A stretch of 64,000 nt of DNA from Squalus acanthias. Lineage: Eukaryota. A program made the position numbers and the translations under genes. Shown one piece after another: positions 36,555 to 48,669 of the stretch. Position 1 is the stretch's first letter; each line of letters opens with the position of its first letter. The DNA lies in contig CM059425.1 of the NCBI GenBank assembly GCA_030390025.1, forward strand, positions 239,320,001 to 239,384,000, read 5' to 3'. The notes under the pieces were generated by a model. That model did no database searches, was not told the DNA's origin, and worked only from the letters and a program-made list of their open reading frames with translations.

Positions 36555-39008
36555 AAGAACATAAGAAATAGAGCAGGAATAGGCCACTTGGCCCCTCGAG
36601 CCTGCTCCGCCATTCAATAAGATCATGGCTGATCTTGGGCTCAAAGCCACTTCCCTGCCCGCTCCCCATAACCCTTCACTCCCATATCTTGCAAAAATCT
36701 GTCTGTCTTCACTTTAAATGTATTTAATGACCCAGCCTCCACAGCTCTCTGGGGCAGAGAATTCCACAGATTTACGACCCACTGTGAAGAAATTCCTCCT
36801 CATCTCAGTTCTAAAAGGGCAACCCTTTATTCTGAAACTATGCCCCCGAGTTCTAGATTTCCCCACTAGGGGAAACATCCTCTCTGCATCTACCTTGTCG
36901 AGCCCCCTCAGTATCTTATGTTTCAATAAGATCACCTCTCATTCTTCTAAATTCCAATGAGTATAGGCCCAACCTGCTCAACCTTTCCTCATAAGTCAAC
37001 CCCCTCATCTCGGGAATCAACCGAGTGACTCGTCTCTGAACTGCCTCCAATGCAAGTACGTCCTTCCTTAAATAAGGAGACCAAAACTGTACGCAGTACT
37101 CAAGGTGTGGTCTCACCAATACCCTGTACAGTTGTAGCAGGACTTCCCTGCTTTTATATTCCAATCCCCTTGCAATAAAGGCCAACATTCCATTTGCCTT
37201 TTTGATTACTTGCTGCACCTGCATGCTAACTTTTTGTGTTTCATGCACAAGGACCCCCAGGTCCCTCTGAACTGTAGCATTTTGTAATCTCTCTCCATTT
37301 AAATAATTTGCTTTTTTATTTTTCCTGCCGAACTGGATAACCTTGCACTTTCCCACATTATACTCCATCTACCAAATGTTTGCCCACTCACTTAGTCTGT
37401 CTATATCCCTTTGCAGATTCCTTGAGTCCTCTACACAACTTGCTTTCCCACCCATCTTTGTATCATCCGCAAACTTGGCTACATTACACTCGGTCCCTTC
37501 ATCCAAGTCATTAATGTAGATTGTAAATAATTGGGGCCCCAGCACCGATCCCTGTGGCACCCCACTCGTTACCGTTTGCAACTGGAAAATTACTCATTTA
37601 TCCTGACTCTGCTTTCTGTTAGTTAGCCAATTCTCTATCCATGCTAATATATTCGTCTCATGAAGAAAGTAAGGAGTTGTGGGATAGAGGGAAATTTGGC
37701 CGATTGAGTAAGTAACTGGCTATCTCATAGAAGGCAGAGGGTGGTGGTGGATGGAACATTTTCGGACTGGAGACCAGTTACCAGCGGTGTGCCACAGGGG
37801 TCGGTGCTGGGTCCTCTGCTGTTTGTGATTTTTATCAATGACTTGGAGGAGGGGACTGAAGGGTGGATCAGTAAATTTGCTGATGACACCAAGATTGGTG
37901 GAGTAGTGGATGAGGTGGAGGGCAGTTGTAGGCTGCAAAGAGACATTGATAGGATGCAGAGCTGGGCCGAAAAATGGCAGATGGAATTTAACCCTGATAA
38001 GTGCGAGGTGATTCATTTTGGTAGGGCAAATTTGAATAAGGATTACAGGGTCAACGGCAGGGTTCTGAGGAACGTGGAGGAGCAGAGGGATCTGGGGGTT
38101 CATATCCACAGATCTCTGAAGGTTGCCACTCAAGTGGATAGAGCAGTAAAGAAGGCCTATGGTGTGTTGGCGTTTATTAACAGAGGGTTTGAGTTTAAGA
38201 ACCGTGAGGTTATGCTGCAACTGTACAGGACCTTGGTGAGACCACATTTGGAATATTGTGTGCAGTTCTGGTCACCTCACTATAGGAAGGACGTGGAAGC
38301 ATTGGAAAGCGTGCAAAGGAGATTTACCAGGATGCTGCCTGGTTTGGGGGGGGGAGGTCTTATGAGGAAAGATTGAGGGAGTTGGGGCTTTTCTCTTTAG
38401 AGCGGAGGAGGATGAGAGGCGACTTAATAGAGGTTTATAAGATGATGAGGGGGAGAGATAGAGTGGATGTTCAGAGACTATTTCCTCGGGTAGAGGCAGC
38501 TGTTACAAGGGGGCATAACTATAAGGTGCATGGGGGGAGATATAGAAGGGATGTCCGAGGTAGATTCTTTACTCAGAGAGTGGTTGGGGTGTGGAATGGA
38601 CTGCCTGCTGTGATAGTGGAGTCGGACACTTTAGGAACTTTCAAGCGGTTATTGGATAAGCACATGGAGCACACCAGAGTGATAGGGAGTGTGATAGCTT
38701 GATGTTGGTCTCGGACAATGCTCGGCACAACATCGAGGGCCGAAGGGCCTGTACTGTGCTGTACTGTTCTATGTATCTATGTATTACCCCCAACTCCGTG
38801 AGCTCTTATCTTATGCAGTAACCTTTTATGTGGCACCTTATCGAATGCCTTCTGGAAATCCAAATACACCACATCCACTGGCTCACCCTTGTCCACCCTG
38901 CTCGTTACATCCTCAAAGAACTCCAACAAATTTGTTAAACATGATTTCCCTCTCATAAAACCATGCTGACTCTGCTTGACTGCATTATGATTTTCCAAAT
39001 GCCCTTCT
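36555..39008 (-). mobile_element. CR1 (-) interrupted by CR1 (+, 37654-38781, TSD tatt)
   Basis: ORFs 36916..37368 and 37369..37581 (-), 37741..38376 and 38373..38702 (+); host continuity ctaatatatt|acccccaac as in the copy at 51680-51705. Confidence 0.92.
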
Positions 39009-39319
39009 GAGAAAAGTTGTAGATTTTGTATAATAATTTTGCTTATCCTGATACTTTAATCTTTCAACACTGAACAATTTATCAATAACTTCTTGAAAAA
39101 ATCAGGATAGTCACCTTGATACTTTTCCGATAAGAACAAGTCCAACTGTCTTGATAATTATTCATAACTTAGAATCCTGATGCCTGTAATCATTTTGGTT
39201 GCTCAGCTCATGGGCAATAATATTCTTATGATTAGAACTCTTCAGTAGTCCAGGTGGGAACTGCCCAACACCTTTTGCAGAAGTAATATTACTCATTTTT
39301 GATTTGTTCTTTATCCCTC

Positions 39320-39597
39320 AGTCACTACTGTTATGTCGGCAGCTAAGTTGCGCACAGCAAGGTCCCACAAACAGCAAAGTGATAAATAACCAGCTAGTCT
39401 TTTCAGCCCACCTGAACAGACAGGGCCTCAGTTTAACATCCCATCCAAAAGATGGCACCAGCTACAAAGCAACGTTCCTTCATTACTGCACTGAAGTGTC
39501 CGCCTAGATTATCTGCTAAAATTCCTGGAGTGGGGCTTGAATCCTTGATCTTCTAACTCAGTGGCAAGAATGCTACCATAGTGGCAAGCTGACACCT
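39320..39597 (-). mobile_element. Degenerate DeuSINE
   Basis: Reverse complement of parts of 1245-1727. Confidence 0.7.
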
Positions 39598-39721
39598 AGT
39601 GGCTCAAATATTTTAAGTTTCAGATTCTTCTAAATTTGGGCGTATTATTTGCTTTGCCCCATTTTTGGTGTCATCTGTGAGACTGGAGATTTTGATAACC
39701 TGTTGTTTTCTGTCTTTTCAG

Positions 39722-39773
39722 CCACCGCAGCCTAACGACTTGGCTGTTATTTGTTTCACCAGTGGAACCACAG
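39722..39773 (+). CDS. ACSL1: ACSL1 exon 9 (PPQPNDLAVICFTSGTT-G), first half of AMP-binding P-loop; GC donor
   Basis: tgtcttttcag| ... CAG|gcaagt; 52 nt; phase-1 join to exon 10 restores TSGTTGNPKG. Confidence 0.93.
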
Positions 39774-40137
39774 GCAAGTACCACTGGGACTCGTGAGTCA
39801 TTTTCACCTTTTTTTTTAATGTTTATTCCTGGTTTCCCTTGTCAAAGTGTTAATTGCCTTTTCCTCTGGCAACAAAAAATCGCAGAACCATATTCAGCGT
39901 TCAACGGTACGAGTGCCCCAGTTATTTTTCATATGTCACCCAGATTAGTTTCAGGCTGAAAAATGTAGAAAATCTGCTGTATGTCTTAGTTCATTTGTGT
40001 GGTATCAACTTAATGAGTTTTCTCTTAAAATCACTTTAAAATTGCATATGCTCATATTTCATCATATTTGACTCTGATAGTGGACCGAAGCTGATTTACA
40101 ATGGGTTAAATAAACTTGATTACTGTTGCTCTTTCAG

Positions 40138-40211
40138 GAAACCCCAAAGGGGCAATGCTGACGCATAGAAACATCGTGTCTAATCTCTCTGCTTTTCTGA
40201 AAGTCACAGAG
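40138..40211 (+). CDS. ACSL1: ACSL1 exon 10 (GNPKGAMLTHRNIVSNLSAFLKVTE)
   Basis: gctctttcag| ... GAG|gtaaac; 74 nt. Confidence 0.95.
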
Positions 40212-40895
40212 GTAAACACCAGGTGCTATCATCGTGTCCTTATATTTCCAAATGAAATCTGTAATTTATGTCTTTGCTTTGATGTGCAGCAGTCATGTGA
40301 GTTGATTCTCTAGGTGTGATATTTTCTAAGTGAACTTTCATGCCACTTGAGGAGTAACTAACACCAAAATTAAGGCAGCTCGCCACCACCTTCTCGAGGG
40401 CAATTGGGGATGGGCAATAAATGCTGGCTTTGCCAGCGATGCCCACATCCCAAAAATGAATATAAAAAAAGTTCTTTAGGTCAAAATGATTTTATATTGC
40501 ATTTATAAAGTGCCTCATCACATCTCTCATGACACCTAAAGCACTTCATATGCACTGCATTAAGAGCAGTCATTGCTGCTGTGTAGGTGAATGTAGCAGC
40601 CATTTTATATATAGCAATGTTCCACAAATCGCAGTGACATGAATTATCAGATTATCCATATATTCTTTTTGGTGTTTGAAGGCCAAATGTTGATCTGGGC
40701 ACTGGGAGAACGTCCTGCTCTACATGTGATGTCAAACCAAAGTGGTGTGAATCTAACCCCTCCAGGGAGTCCTTCATTGCTTCTCTGTGGAGTTAGATCA
40801 GGCCCTGACGTGTTTTATGACAATAATGATCCTTTGCAGAGATGCTCAAGTTGTAATGCAAATACACCCTTTTTTTAAAAAAAGAGAAAGCCGGG

Positions 40896-41058
40896 CAACG
40901 TTCCCACTAAGCTGTGCGGCTGCACAGTGGTCTGGAGGTCCCGCGCAGGCCGCTCACCGGCTTTTGTTTGCGAGAAACCACGCACGCGCGAAAATTTGAA
41001 TGGGCTGCGCAGCCACTTAAAGGGGCTGTGCACCAAAAAAAATTAAGAGGGCACATTG
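40896..41058. mobile_element. hAT-like MITE, copy 3 (opposite orientation)
   Basis: 8-bp TSD aagccggg/aagccagg at 40888-40895 and 41059-41066; termini caacgttccc / gggcacattg. Confidence 0.75.
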
Positions 41059-41667
41059 AAGCCAGGTATTTCATCCTGCAATTGGCGAGAACTGTACTGA
41101 CTTCCAACTGACCTCGGCATATTTATGAGCAGCTCCAATTACCTGGATAGCCATAGGGCGCAGTTGAGCAGTGACCTTAAAGGGACAGGCTACGTTAGCA
41201 GCTAAGTGTCATAATGCTGCAGATCCCAGACTACCCATAAACAATACCACAGGAGATCTGCTAGCATTTAAGCAGCTGTTCTGCTTTCTGACCAACATGA
41301 TGGCCAGGACCTGTTGCAAGGCAGTATATCCATTGTGCCCATACAACAGATAGAACGACATCTTTTGAAATTTAATTTTTATGTGATGCTACTCAGTCTC
41401 CCACGGCATGAAATATTTCATGAGCTACTTGTTTTATGGAATGCTCTCTTTTTAAAAAAAAAAAAAATAGAAGTTGCATTGAGAGTAGAACTTTAGCGTT
41501 AGTATTGCAAGAATTGCAATGAAATTGCTGCCAACGGCACTTGACCCCTCTGAGATGTGTTCAAACTTTGAGAGGTTTTGTTAAAAACTATTTCTACTGA
41601 TCAATGAGTTGGTGACTAATGGGCATAATTATAATATCATCACCGAACGAATGATTTGAAAGTTAGA

Positions 41668-41672
41668 GTATA

Positions 41673-41711
<39 letters not shown>
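41668..41711. repeat. (TA)n microsatellite + poly-T
   Basis: Direct reading. Confidence 0.95.
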
Positions 41712-42201
41712 AAAGAGTGTTGGCACATGGCATGCCAAACCAGAAGCAGAATCTATAAAAGCTTTTAAAAGCAGAGTGGCTAAATATTTAAAATGTATGG
41801 GGAAATCTTAGAAATTTACGGCACAGAAGGAGGCCATTTTGCCCATTGTGTCTGTGCTGGACATCTCTGAGAACTACTGCAGGTATAATGGACTAAACAC
41901 CCTCTTTCTGTGCTGCAGAATTCTATGATTCAAAGTATGCATGTAACATTTTGTTTGACATAAACAATAAACAGTAGTTTATATATGTAGTATAAAAGTT
42001 TGGAATTTTTAGTTTTATTATTCTGAGGTAATTGGTCAATAGAGCTCCTGAGTCTAACAATGCAATTAACAATAATTTGAGCACTTAAGATGTTGTGGTT
42101 TCAAGATCTTCTTTCTCTGTAATTTGATATTTGCTTTCAATTCAATCTCTTTTTTTCTTTCCTTTCTCTTCATTGTCTGTCTGTCTTCCATAATCCTGCA
42201 G

Positions 42202-42279
42202 AGTATGAACATCCCAACTCCAGATGATACTCTAATCTCTTTCTTGCCTCTGGGTCATATGTTTGAAAGATTGGTGGAG
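42202..42279 (+). CDS. ACSL1: ACSL1 exon 11a, gate-domain exon (SMNIPTPDDTLISFLPLGHMFERLVE)
   Basis: Very long pyrimidine tract, ctgcag| ... GAG|gtaggt; 78 nt, phase 0/0. Confidence 0.92.
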
Positions 42280-42331
42280 GTAGGTCTCTTTTGATCAACC
42301 CAAGCCTGAGTTGTGTGTTGTGTTTTTACAG

Positions 42332-42409
42332 GAACAAGGGGTGGCAACACCCAGTGACGTACACATTTCCTTTTTACCACTTGCACACATGTTTGAACGC
42401 TTGGTCCAG
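42332..42409 (+). CDS. ACSL1: ACSL1 exon 11b, alternative gate-domain exon (EQGVATPSDVHISFLPLAHMFERLVQ)
   Basis: tgtttttacag| ... CAG|gtaaga; 78 nt, phase 0/0; paralogous to 11a; separated from it by 52 nt. Confidence 0.92.
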
Positions 42410-42502
42410 GTAAGAAGCAGAATTTCTAGACCTTAAGCTGTAGTTCAAAATTCAGAATGGTTAAGAAGGCAATTCCCTGTAACATATTATTAATTTTTTT
42501 TA

Positions 42503-45500
42503 TTATTATTCATTCATGGGATGTGGGTGTCGCTGGCAAGGCCAGCATTTATTGCCCATCCCTAATTGCCCTCGAGAAGGTGGTGGTGAGCCGCTTTCTT
42601 GAACAGCTGCAGTCCTTGTGGTGAAGGTACTCCCACAGTGCTGTTAGGGAGGGAGTTCCAGATTTTGACCCAGCGACGATGAAGGAACGGCGATATACTT
42701 CCAAGTCAGGATGGTGTGTGACTTAGAGAGGAGCTTGGAGGTGGTGATGATCCCATGCGCCTGCTGCCCTTGTCCTTCTAGGTGGAAGAGGTCGCGGGTT
42801 TGGGAGGTGCTGCCGAGGAAGCCTTGTCGAGTTGCTGCAGTGCATCTTGTAGATGGTACACACTGCAGCCACGGTGCAGCGGTGGTGGAGGGAGTGAATG
42901 CCTATATTCTCTAGAGTTTAGAAGAATGTGAGATGATCTCATTGAAACATACAAAATTCTTAGTCGGCTTGACAGCGTAGATGCAGGGAGGATGTTTCCC
43001 CTGGCAAGGGAGTCCAGAACCAGGGGCCAGAGTCTCCAAATAAGGGGTCGGCCATTTAGGACTGAGATGAGAAATTTCTTCACTCGGAGGGTGACTAATC
43101 TTTGGAATTCTCTACCCCAGGGGGCTGTGGAGGCTTAATCGTTGAGTATATTCAAGATAGAGATCGATAGGTTTTTGGATATTAAGGGATATGGGGATAG
43201 TGCAGGAAAGTGGAGTTGAGGTAGAAGATCAGCCATGATCTTAATGAATGGCGGAGCAGGCTCGAGGAGCTAAATGGCCTACTCCTGCTCCTATTTATGT
43301 TCTTAAGGTGGTGCATGCGGTGCCAGTCAAGCGGGCTGCTTTGTCCTGGATGGTGTCGACCTGCTTGAGTGTTTTTGGTGTCGAGCTGCTTGAGTGTTGT
43401 TGGAGCTGCACTCATCCAGGCAAGTGGAGAGTATTCCATTACACTCCTGACATGTGCGTTGTTGATGGTGGAAAGGCTTTGGGGAGTCAGGAGGGGAAAA
43501 TGCTAGAGTCCATTATAAAAGATGTAATAGCTGAGCACTTGGAAAACAGTGACAGGATCGGACAAAGTCAACATGGATTTACAAAAGGTAAATCATGCTT
43601 GACTAATCTACTGGAATTTTTTGAGGATGTAACTGGTAAAATAGATAAAGGAGAACCAGTGGATGTGGTGTATTTGGACTTCCAAAAGGCTTTTGATAAG
43701 GTCCCTCATAAGAGATTAGTGTGTAAAGTTAAGGCACATGGGATTGGGGGCAAGGTATTGACTTGGATAGAGAACTGGTTGGCAGACAGAAAGCAAAGAG
43801 TTGGAATAAACTGGTCTTTTTCCGAGTGGCAGGCAGTGACTAGTGGGGTACCGCAGGGATCGGTCCTTGAACCCCAGCTATTCACAATATATATATTAAT
43901 GATCTAGACAAGGGAACTAGATGTAATATCTCCAAGTTTGCAGACGACACAAAACTGGGTGGGCGTGTGTGCTGCGAGGAGGATGCCGAGAAACTCCAGG
44001 ATGATTTGGACAGGTTGGGTGATTGGGCAGAAGTGTGGCAGATGCAATATAACGTGGATAAATGCGAGGTTATCCACTTTGGTGTCAAAAACAGAAAGGC
44101 AGATTATTATCTGAATGGCAATAGATTGGGAGAAGGGGAAGTGCAACGAGGCCTGGGTGTCCTTGTGCACCAGTTGCTGAAGGTAAGCATGCAGGTGCAG
44201 CAGGCGGTTAAGAAGGCAAATGGTATCTTGGCCTTCATAGCGAGAGGGTTTGAGTACAGGAACAAGGATGTCTTGCTGCAGTTGTACAGGGCCTTGGTGA
44301 GACCACACCTTGAGTACTGTGTGCAGTTTTGGTCGCCTTATCTGAGGAAGGATGTTCTTGCCATGGAAGGAGTTCAGCGAAGATGCACCAGGCTGATACC
44401 TGGGATGGCAGGAATGACGTATGAGGAGAGATTGGGTCGATTGGGCTTATACTCGCTGGAGTTTAGAAGAATGAGAGGGGATCTCATTGAAACTTATAAA
44501 ATTCTGACAGGACAGGACAGGACAAACTAGATGCAGGAAGGATGTTCCCGATGGTCGGGGAGTCCAGAACCAGGGGTCACAGTCTAAGGATAAGGGGTAA
44601 GCCATTTAGGACAGAAATGAGGAGGAATTTCTTCACCCAGAGAGTGGTGAACCTGTGGAATTCTCTGCCACAGAAGGCAGTAGAGGCCAATTCATTAAAT
44701 AGATTCAAGAAGGAGTTGGATATATTTCTTAAGGCTAAAGGGATCAAGGGATATGGGGAGAAAACAGGGACAGGGTACTGAATTTGGATGATCAGCCATG
44801 ATCGCATTGAATGGCGGAGCAGGCTAGAGGGGCCGAATGGCCTACTCCTGCTCCTATCTTCTATGACACTCGCTGCAGAATACCTAGCCTCTGACCTGCT
44901 CTTGTAGCCACATTAAGTTTCTGGTCAATGATGAACCCCAGGATGTTGATAGTGGGGGTTTCGGTGATGGTTATGCCATTGAATGTCGAGGGGTGGTGGT
45001 TAGACTCTTGCTTGTTGGAGATAGTCATCGCCCGCCACTTGTGTGGCGCGAATGTTACATGCCACTTATCAGCCCAAGCCTGAATGTTGTCCAGGTCTTG
45101 CAAGCGGGCATGGACTGCTTCATTATCTGAGGAGTTGCGAAAAGCACTGAACACTGGCAGTCATCAGCGAACATCCCCATTTCTGACCTTAGGATGGAGG
45201 GAAGGTCATTGATGAAGCAGCTGAAGATGGTTGGGCCTAGGATACTGCCCTGAGGAACTCCTGCAGCGATGTCCTGAGGCTGAGATGATTGACCTCCAAC
45301 AACCACAACCATCTTCCTTTGTGCTAGGTGTGACTCCAGCCAGTGGAGAGTTTTCCCCCTGATTCCCATTGACTTCAATTTTACTAGGGCTTCTTGATGC
45401 CACACTCAGTCAAATGGTGCCTTGATGTCAAGGGCAGTCATTCTCACCTCACCTCTGGAAATCAGCTCTTTTGTCCATGTTTGGACCAAGGCTGTAATGA

Positions 45501-46625
45501 GGTCTGGAGCCGAGTGGTCTTGGCGGAACCCGAACTGAGCATCGGTGAGCAGGTTATTGGTGAGTAAGTGCCGCTGGATAGCACTGTCGACGACACCTTC
45601 CATCACTTTGCTGATGATTGAGAGTAGACTGATGGGGCAGTAAATGGCCCGATTGGATTCCTCCTGCTTTTTGTGGACAGATGTGAGAAGTCGCACAACA
45701 CCAGGTAAATCATCCTTGACTACACCAGGTTATAGTCCAACAGCTTTATTTGAAATCACAAGCTTTCGGAGCGCTGCTCCTTCGTCAGATGTGGACAGGA
45801 CATACCTGTGCAGTTTTCCACATTGTTGGGTAGATGCCAGTGTTGTAGCTGTACTGGAACAGCTTAGCTAGTTCTGGAGCGCAAGTCTTCAGCATGATGA
45901 CCAGGATGTTGTCGGGGCCCATAGCCTTTGCTGTATCCAGTGCGCTCAGCCGTTTCTTAATGTCACATGGAGTGAATCAAATTGGATGAAGACTGGCTTC
46001 TGTAATGGTGGGGACCTTAGGAGGAGGCCGAGATGGATCATCCACTTGGCACTTCTGGCTGAAGATGGTTACAAACGCACTTGCATGGTGAGTCCCGCCA
46101 TCATTGAAGATGGGGATGTTCTTGGAGCCTCCTCCTCCCCCCGTTAGCTGTTTTATTGTCCACCACCATTCACGACTGGATGTGACAGGACTGCAGAGCT
46201 TTAATCTGATCTGTTGGTTGTGAGATCACTTAGCTCTGTCTATAGAATGCTGCTTCTGCTGTTTAGCATGCATATAGTCCTGTGTTGCAGCTTCCCCAGG
46301 TTGGCGCCTCATTTTTAGGTACGCCTGGTGCTGCTCCTGGCATGCTCTTCTACACTCCTCGTTGAACCAGGGTTGGTCCCCTGGCTTGATGGTAATGGTA
46401 GAGTGAGGGATATGCCGGGCCATGAGGTTACAGATTGTGGTGGAATACAATTCTGCTGCTGCTGATGGCCCACAGCGCTTCATGGATGCCCAGTTTTGAG
46501 CTGCTAGATCTACTCTGAATCTATCCCATTTTAGCACGGTGGTAGTGCCACACAGCACGATGGAGGGTGACCTCAGTGTGAAGAAGGGACTTCATCTCCA
46601 CAAGGACCGTGCGGGATTTCGTCTC
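42503..46625 (-). mobile_element. LINE-B (-) interrupted by CR1 (+, ~42901-43304), CR1 (+, ~43495-44864) and a PLE insertion (45681-45789)
   Basis: Host continuity against the 3915-5236 copy; ORFs 43248..43907, 43967..44530, 44542..44781 (CR1) and 45055..45405, 45406..45696, 46226..46558 (LINE-B). Confidence 0.88.
45681..45789 (-). mobile_element. PLE family-1 single-arm insertion with intact hammerhead core (45757-45791)
   Basis: 9-bp TSD tgtggacag at 45672-45680 and 45790-45798; minus strand cau-CUGACGA-a-ggagc(agc)gcucc-GAA-AGCU-U/gug. Confidence 0.75.
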
Positions 46626-48156
46626 CACAAGGAATGTTACAACATTTGTATAGCATAGTAACATTTTTGGTTTTCATTTTGTAGCCTCAGTAAATTACCA
46701 AACATCAACTTTTCAGCATTATGAATCAGTAGTCACATGCCAGTAAATGACACATTTCAGGTCGATACAGTAACTTCACTGATGCCACGTATCATTTAAA
46801 CCCTCTGATGTGTGAATTCCCTATATGGTCAAAGATCAGTCAGGATATGAGGAAAGAGAAAATTCACAATTAGAATTTTTTTGTGTGTGGATAGAATACA
46901 GTGTAAAAAATAAAGGCTTGACATCCTCACAAAAGATTGAGTCATTCATGTAAAAAAAAAAAAAATTACATTTTGTTTGGCAGACTGTTCAAATATCCTG
47001 CAATGTGAATTTCATGTCTATTAGATGTTGAAAGGATGTGTGCATGTTTAGTTTTGAAAGACAAATTGATAGGAAATTGTTAGTGGAAACAGAATAATTT
47101 GGCAATGAATTTGGATTGCTTTGAACAATTACTGATTGGTATTTGCATACCCACTACAGTTCAGTCCCTCCTCAATAAAGCATTTGCAATCATTTGAAAT
47201 GTACGTAGAAGTGAACTTTTCAACAAGTATTTTGTCAGATGGAAGGTAGCTTTGTGTGACTTTTTTTTCCAATTTGGAGAAAGAATCCCTTCATCTTGAA
47301 AAGTGAACAGGTAAAAGGGATTCAGAGGTTGAAGTAAAGGTGTGTTTTTAGAGAAGCATAGAATAATTGGTATCATTGATGGTTCCCGTCTTGAAGTCTT
47401 ACAGCTTCTTCCTCTTAAAACTGATCAAGAAGGGTCAGTTTCAACCCCCGCCCCGCCCTGTCTGGCAAAACCGGGCGGGGGCAGTTAAAATGGAGCGGGG
47501 GACATCCCCATTTCGTCTCCGTCCCAATATGGCAGACTGCAATTTCAAATTGCAGGGGGCGAAGACACTGGTTAGAAACTGGGCGGGATCCTTCTTTAAA
47601 TAGGCAGATCAAGCTCTCATTACATCATCAGGGCCCAAATGGATTTTTTTTAACCTGAGGGTTCCCTGCCAGGCCAAAGCTGCCAGGAGCTGTATCAAGG
47701 GCCAGAAGTGGCCCAGTATGGCTTTTTTTTTTAAAAAAAGAAATTTAAATTTCCTTGTCGGCCAGGAGGAGCAGGAGTGCTCCTCCGGGCCTCACCAGGA
47801 AGCCTTGCTCCTTCTTTCCTGTTTGCCTTGACGAGCCCTTCCGATCCACTTACCTTGTGCCAGGAACCGTTCCCTTAGGGTTACTACCTGCTGATTTTCC
47901 CGCCCATTTTGGTCAGAAAGTCAGCAAGCAGCATGCCTAATGAGGCACAGGTGTTAAAATCGACCGAACCTTCCAGTGCTATTCCCGGATGGAAAAATCG
48001 ATTTTTTTTTTTTTTTTTTAATAACCATTTTTAAAATTTAGTTGATTTTGCTTTTTGCCCTCACTTTGTATTCTAGCTTGCAGTTTGCAAATTACTGAGT
48101 TCCACAAATGCTTTTGGAAGCCAGGGATTTGCAGGAAACTGTGGCTGTTCAGTCAA

Positions 48157-48310
48157 TATCGATTTTTGGGCTCTAGGGGAATCAAGGGATATGGAGATCG
48201 GGCGGGAAAGTGGAGTTGAGGTAGAAGATCAGCCATGATCTTATTGAATGGCGGAGCAGGCTCGAGGGGCCTGCATGGCCTTACTCCTGCTCCTATTTCT
48301 TATGTTCTAA
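48157..48310 (+). mobile_element. CR1 3' tail
   Basis: Near-identical to 33330-33472. Confidence 0.85.
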
Positions 48311-48429
48311 TACAGCTAAACAGGAGGGAAATATTTGTGCTAAACTGAAGGTTTTTAATTTTGTGTGCCGGATCCATACGTTCATGTTCCTGATATTAAA
48401 TGCTTATGGCCACCAGAATTTGTGAAGAA

Positions 48430-48590
48430 AAAACAGAAAATGCTGGAAATGCACAGCAGCTTCAATCAGCATCTGAAAAGAGATAAGACCAGTTAATGTT
48501 TGAGGTATAACCCATTTTCCGAACCCGAAAAGTTAACCCGTCTCTTCCCTAGCAGACGCAGACTAACCCGTTGTGCATTTCCAGCGATAG
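48430..48590. mobile_element. Old PLE family-2 inverted relic
   Basis: Arms gctggaaatgcacagc / gttgtgcatttccagc; similar to 2302-2463 and 33875-33935; no ribozyme core left. Confidence 0.55.
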
Positions 48591-48669
48591 CATGTTTTTT
48601 GTTTCCTTATTTGTAGAAGTTTATATGCAATTGATGAGTTTGATGCTGATATTTGAGTTTTCTTTGCAG

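Noticed and set aside
40212-48669. A third gate exon (Tyr-type) in introns 10-11
   Set aside because: No further LPLxH-coding segment with splice sites seen by eye; a TBLASTN with the 26-aa exon would settle it.
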